Source: a virus (lineage: Duplodnaviria; Caudoviricetes). From it: a DNA stretch of 64,000 nt. The notes beneath the pieces are model-generated. The model did not search any database, was not told where the DNA came from, and saw nothing but the letters and a program-made list of their open reading frames with translations. The stretch covers positions 1 to 64,000 of IMG/VR virus record IMGVR_UViG_3300050161_000042; one strand, given 5' to 3'. Both the position numbers and the translations under genes were made by a program. Positions 61,801-64,000 of this stretch are shown piece after piece; position 1 is the first letter of the stretch, and every line of letters begins with the position of its first letter.

Positions 61801-64000
61801 GGAAGCTAATAAATCAGAAGCTCCATCTGTTAAAGGCTCTGGAATATTCGGAACTTCCACAAAGAAAGATATCGAACAAGCAGAAGCTAAAAAAGCAAAA
61901 TATCAAAAAGCAAACGAGAGAAAAAAGAAAGACTATTTTGATGCCGAAATTAAAGCTAGAGACTTCGAATTAGATCCAAACAACGAAGGAAAGAAAAAGA
62001 GCGGTGATAAAGATTATTTTGCTGAGCAAAAGAGACTTAGAGGCATAGCTAGAAGAGAAAGATACGACTTTGAAGCATCTAGCCAAAAATTAGAAAAGGT
62101 TACAACTAACGCAGAATTAGTTAAGGGCAATACCTTAAAAGGTAGAGTTACATCTAATCCTCTTGTGAGCAAAGGAATCTCTGGTATAAAGAGTCTTGGT
62201 TTATCTCCAGGTGCTTTAGCTGGTGCTGCCGGATTTGCTGTTGGTTCTGGTCTAGATACATTTGCAGAAAACAGAAAAGAAGTTGCTAACAAACAATTAG
62301 AGAATGGCGAATACTCTAAATTCAAATCAAACTCACAGTTATCTATTGGGGCAAGTGCCCTAGGTGGTGCTGCTAAGGGTGCTGGTACTGGTGCGGCTAT
62401 TGGTAGTTTGTTCGGCCCTATAGGTACTGCCGCTGGTGCTGCCGCTGGCGGATTGATTGGATTCGTTGCTGCGACCGCAGACGCTTCTAAGCAATTAAAA
62501 GATATGAATCTAAAGATCTTTGATGCAACAATGGAGCAGTCAGCAAAAGCAGTAAAGAACTTTGAAAACGGCGTTTTAAACATCACTCAATATCTAGACA
62601 AGAGAGAAGATGCATTTAATGCAGCTAATGATTCTAGAAGAGACGCTGGAGTAAAAGAAAGCGAAGAAAAAGCTGGATACTTTGGCACTGGTGGATACTT
62701 TGATAGATCGATTAATGGATCGCTAGATTCAAGGGCAAATACAGAAGCTAGATTTGGTAAAGGTATAGCCGGAAGAACAGCCAAGGGTGCCGATGATTTC
62801 TTTAGTAATAGCAGTGGTCTTAAAGCCTTAACGGGTTATAATATTTCTGACTACGTTGGCTCTTACACCGATAGTAAAGAAACAAAAGAAAAGGGTAGAA
62901 ACCTTGGATACGCTAACGCCCTAGCTGGAAAGAGTAAAGTCGATCTAGAAAAGGATGCAGAAACATTCCAAAAGCAACAAGGCTCAGAAGGAACTAATCT
63001 ATCTAACATTATTGGAAACAAGAAGTTTAGTAAGGCTAACCAAAGACTCGCCCTAGAAGGTGGTAAAGATGAAAAGGGTAAGGCTGTAGTTGGTAGAAAG
63101 CAAGAGCTAGAAATCCTAAACAAAGAGTTAGAATCTACAAAGAACATATTAAAAGAACAAGGCAAACTTAATGGCGAAGTAGAAAAAAATATTTCCGCTA
63201 AACAAGAAATCCTTAGAGTCCAAAAGCAACAGTTTGATATTCTTACTGCTCAATTGAATCTTGAAGAAAAACTTTCTAAGCTAGAATCTGTTAGAATGAA
63301 AGTTCTATCTAGTTTCAGAGGGGCAGAGCTTAATGCTAGCCAGAAAGAAAGCGATCTAACATCTGGATCAACTAGTCAAGAAAGAGTACAGCAAGACTTT
63401 GAGTTCTCTTCTAAGAATATTGGAAGGTTGCCTCAAGCTCTAGAATCTATCAAGAAAGCCTCAGAAGAACAAATAGCTTTATCGGGCGGTGCTAATTCAG
63501 AAAAAGGTAAGTACATCCAAGAATCCGCCGACACTCTTTCAAGTACTTTAAGTAACTTTGAAAAGATTAGAACTAATGGATTTGATCTTAACAAAAATGA
63601 TGGAAGTAGCGAAAAGATTCAAAGCATTAAAGACCAAATTGAAAAAGGCTTTAACGGTAATGAAATAGGTAAACTACTTGCTGAAAAAGTTAGTGTTGAC
63701 GATGGTATCTTAACAAACGGTAAAGACGAAGAAATCTTCAAGGCTGTTTTAGAGAGTCTAGAAAAGACATTCGATGAGAACAAAGATAAGTTAGGTGGTG
63801 TTATTCTTGATTCCGCTAAGGTTCTTGGCGATCAACAAAGAAAACAAGCTGAGCTTATCCTAAAGGTAAACTCTGCCTATGAACAACAACTTAATAGTTT
63901 GAAGCAAGGTGTTGACTTAAGAAGAGAAGGTGCCCAATTCAGAGCAGAAGGTTCTGGAAGAATAGCTTCTCCTGGTGAGTCATACGGTTTCGATGTACAA
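58889..64000 (+). CDS. tape measure protein (partial, >1700 aa, runs off the window)
   Basis: Hand translation MAKFVYSLQL...AIDFEKQMVRVSQVTG...LAQAGF...INKVSADFAVES (TP901-type TMP core) and GGPVPGAGNKDSVPAMLMPGEFV motifs; absent from the ORF track, presumably because it has no stop in the window. Confidence 0.88.
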   Translation, partial: MAKFVYSLQLQMREPAELGKIVRNIESQFSGIDATVKVNVKSQGVASTIRQVKELKQATAEANNTAEALAKTFAISFKRFVTFSLATRTVGAFTSGLSSAFNEAIDFEKQMVRVSQVTGKTLPDLRDLNKEITRLAVGLGVSSKTLLDVSLTLAQAGFSANDTKVALEALAKTELAPTFTDIKKTTEGAIALFNQFGEGAGALAGQLGAINKVSADFAVESDDLIDVVRRVGGVFKASGGSLNELLAIFTSVRATTRESAESIGTALKTIFVRIQRPQTLEYLKKLGVDLKDVEGKFVGPLKATQLLNEAFGKLEQGDPKFIQIAEELGGYRQIGKVIPLLQQYAIAEKALQSAKKGAGSLDSDAAKAQETLANKIVKVKEEFEALVRSIYESPVFQTMANSSLQFASSLLKVASALKDIIPLIGIFATLKIAKTAGSFLGSFGRNLKNPQGFAEGGPVPGAGNKDSVPAMLMPGEFVLNKKAVSKIGMGRLNSMNNGGTPDTKDGVQYFADGGFVTNKKKRVGGFFLAGTKSGKASSNYVFDNDIVRKDKDKQTHRLFAGSDIDTFVLSRDDVQKNENIVGMIKDDVKQNVLPMVNAITKTLSKQLNMKPIITPDTAEMLGVEKNLVNDSGLISTITGYMTEGAYHALTGLPRQGGNSTFDFLFKDISSETKEKLAELFSEPVSKFDNLTHIDAKPYLDAKQTKEIGQKMIRSATDEAGKAESVISTGTLTFKKDRANSDPASLLPYSRDIKEKPKNTQGDLRSKLESKGLGAREINTVLSRLENKDTSYSKTLNSALKRLGVSSINDVLNFNTGGSVPGVGNKDSVPAMLTPGEFVLNKKAVKKYGMSKLMQMNGGAIGKSKDGIQHFSTGGPVDPFSAFKVTEKKEEKSSGGLLGGEVSKTTQALFGLGATASVLSQSLSAVIDPASALGQGLSVASTLAIQFGTSFGLFKIGLEKAKGGIQQFTEFMEANKSEAPSVKGSGIFGTSTKKDIEQAEAKKAKYQKANERKKKDYFDAEIKARDFELDPNNEGKKKSGDKDYFAEQKRLRGIARRERYDFEASSQKLEKVTTNAELVKGNTLKGRVTSNPLVSKGISGIKSLGLSPGALAGAAGFAVGSGLDTFAENRKEVANKQLENGEYSKFKSNSQLSIGASALGGAAKGAGTGAAIGSLFGPIGTAAGAAAGGLIGFVAATADASKQLKDMNLKIFDATMEQSAKAVKNFENGVLNITQYLDKREDAFNAANDSRRDAGVKESEEKAGYFGTGGYFDRSINGSLDSRANTEARFGKGIAGRTAKGADDFFSNSSGLKALTGYNISDYVGSYTDSKETKEKGRNLGYANALAGKSKVDLEKDAETFQKQQGSEGTNLSNIIGNKKFSKANQRLALEGGKDEKGKAVVGRKQELEILNKELESTKNILKEQGKLNGEVEKNISAKQEILRVQKQQFDILTAQLNLEEKLSKLESVRMKVLSSFRGAELNASQKESDLTSGSTSQERVQQDFEFSSKNIGRLPQALESIKKASEEQIALSGGANSEKGKYIQESADTLSSTLSNFEKIRTNGFDLNKNDGSSEKIQSIKDQIEKGFNGNEIGKLLAEKVSVDDGILTNGKDEEIFKAVLESLEKTFDENKDKLGGVILDSAKVLGDQQRKQAELILKVNSAYEQQLNSLKQGVDLRREGAQFRAEGSGRIASPGESYGFDVQ

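Noticed and set aside
13381-63165. Minus-strand ORFs within the late module
   Set aside because: Antisense shadows of long plus-strand genes; no RBS or promoter support; low-complexity translations
1-64000. Stop-codon reassignment (alternative genetic code)
   Set aside because: Long structural genes are intact in the standard code and gene density is high

Overview
This window is part of a large lytic-type tailed phage genome, probably a siphovirus: it has a tube protein and a >1700-aa tape measure, and no sheath gene is seen. It has two parts. (1) 1-13.3 kb is transcribed leftward (minus strand). From ~1.5 to 13.3 kb it is an island of small self-contained transcription units. I count 19 near-consensus sigma70 promoters (TTGACA/TTGACT-N16-17-TATAAT) and 14 copies of a paired 15-bp palindrome (CTGCCA-N3-TGGCAG x2, 12-14 bp GC-rich spacer), usually just upstream of a promoter. 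The spacer polarity inverts at ~9 kb. The island is rich in RNA genes: tRNA-Arg(UCU), tRNA-Glu(UUC), a degenerate tRNA-Ile(UAU)-like gene, a 137-nt tRNA-shaped RNA, a ~127-nt multibranch RNA, and a ~560-nt ORF-free structured transcript with its own promoter and terminator. Its proteins include DUF932-like, HTH, GP88-like, a PRTase, two WYL-like paralogs and very acidic mini-proteins. (2) 13.4-64 kb is a plus-strand late module. It holds a sigma factor, gmd, HNH, ERCC4 nuclease, ClpP-family protease, terminase, portal, prohead protease/scaffold, cement and major capsid proteins. A ~26-kb tail-fibre/RBP array follows, with embedded glycosylation genes (DUF3431, glf, glycosyltransferase), then neck/tail genes and the tape measure, which runs off the right end. 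Late genes are preceded by a GTGTATAAT motif, and the sampled late gene uses only AGA for Arg. All family calls come from motif recognition by eye; no database search or folding program was run, and host identity cannot be established from this window.
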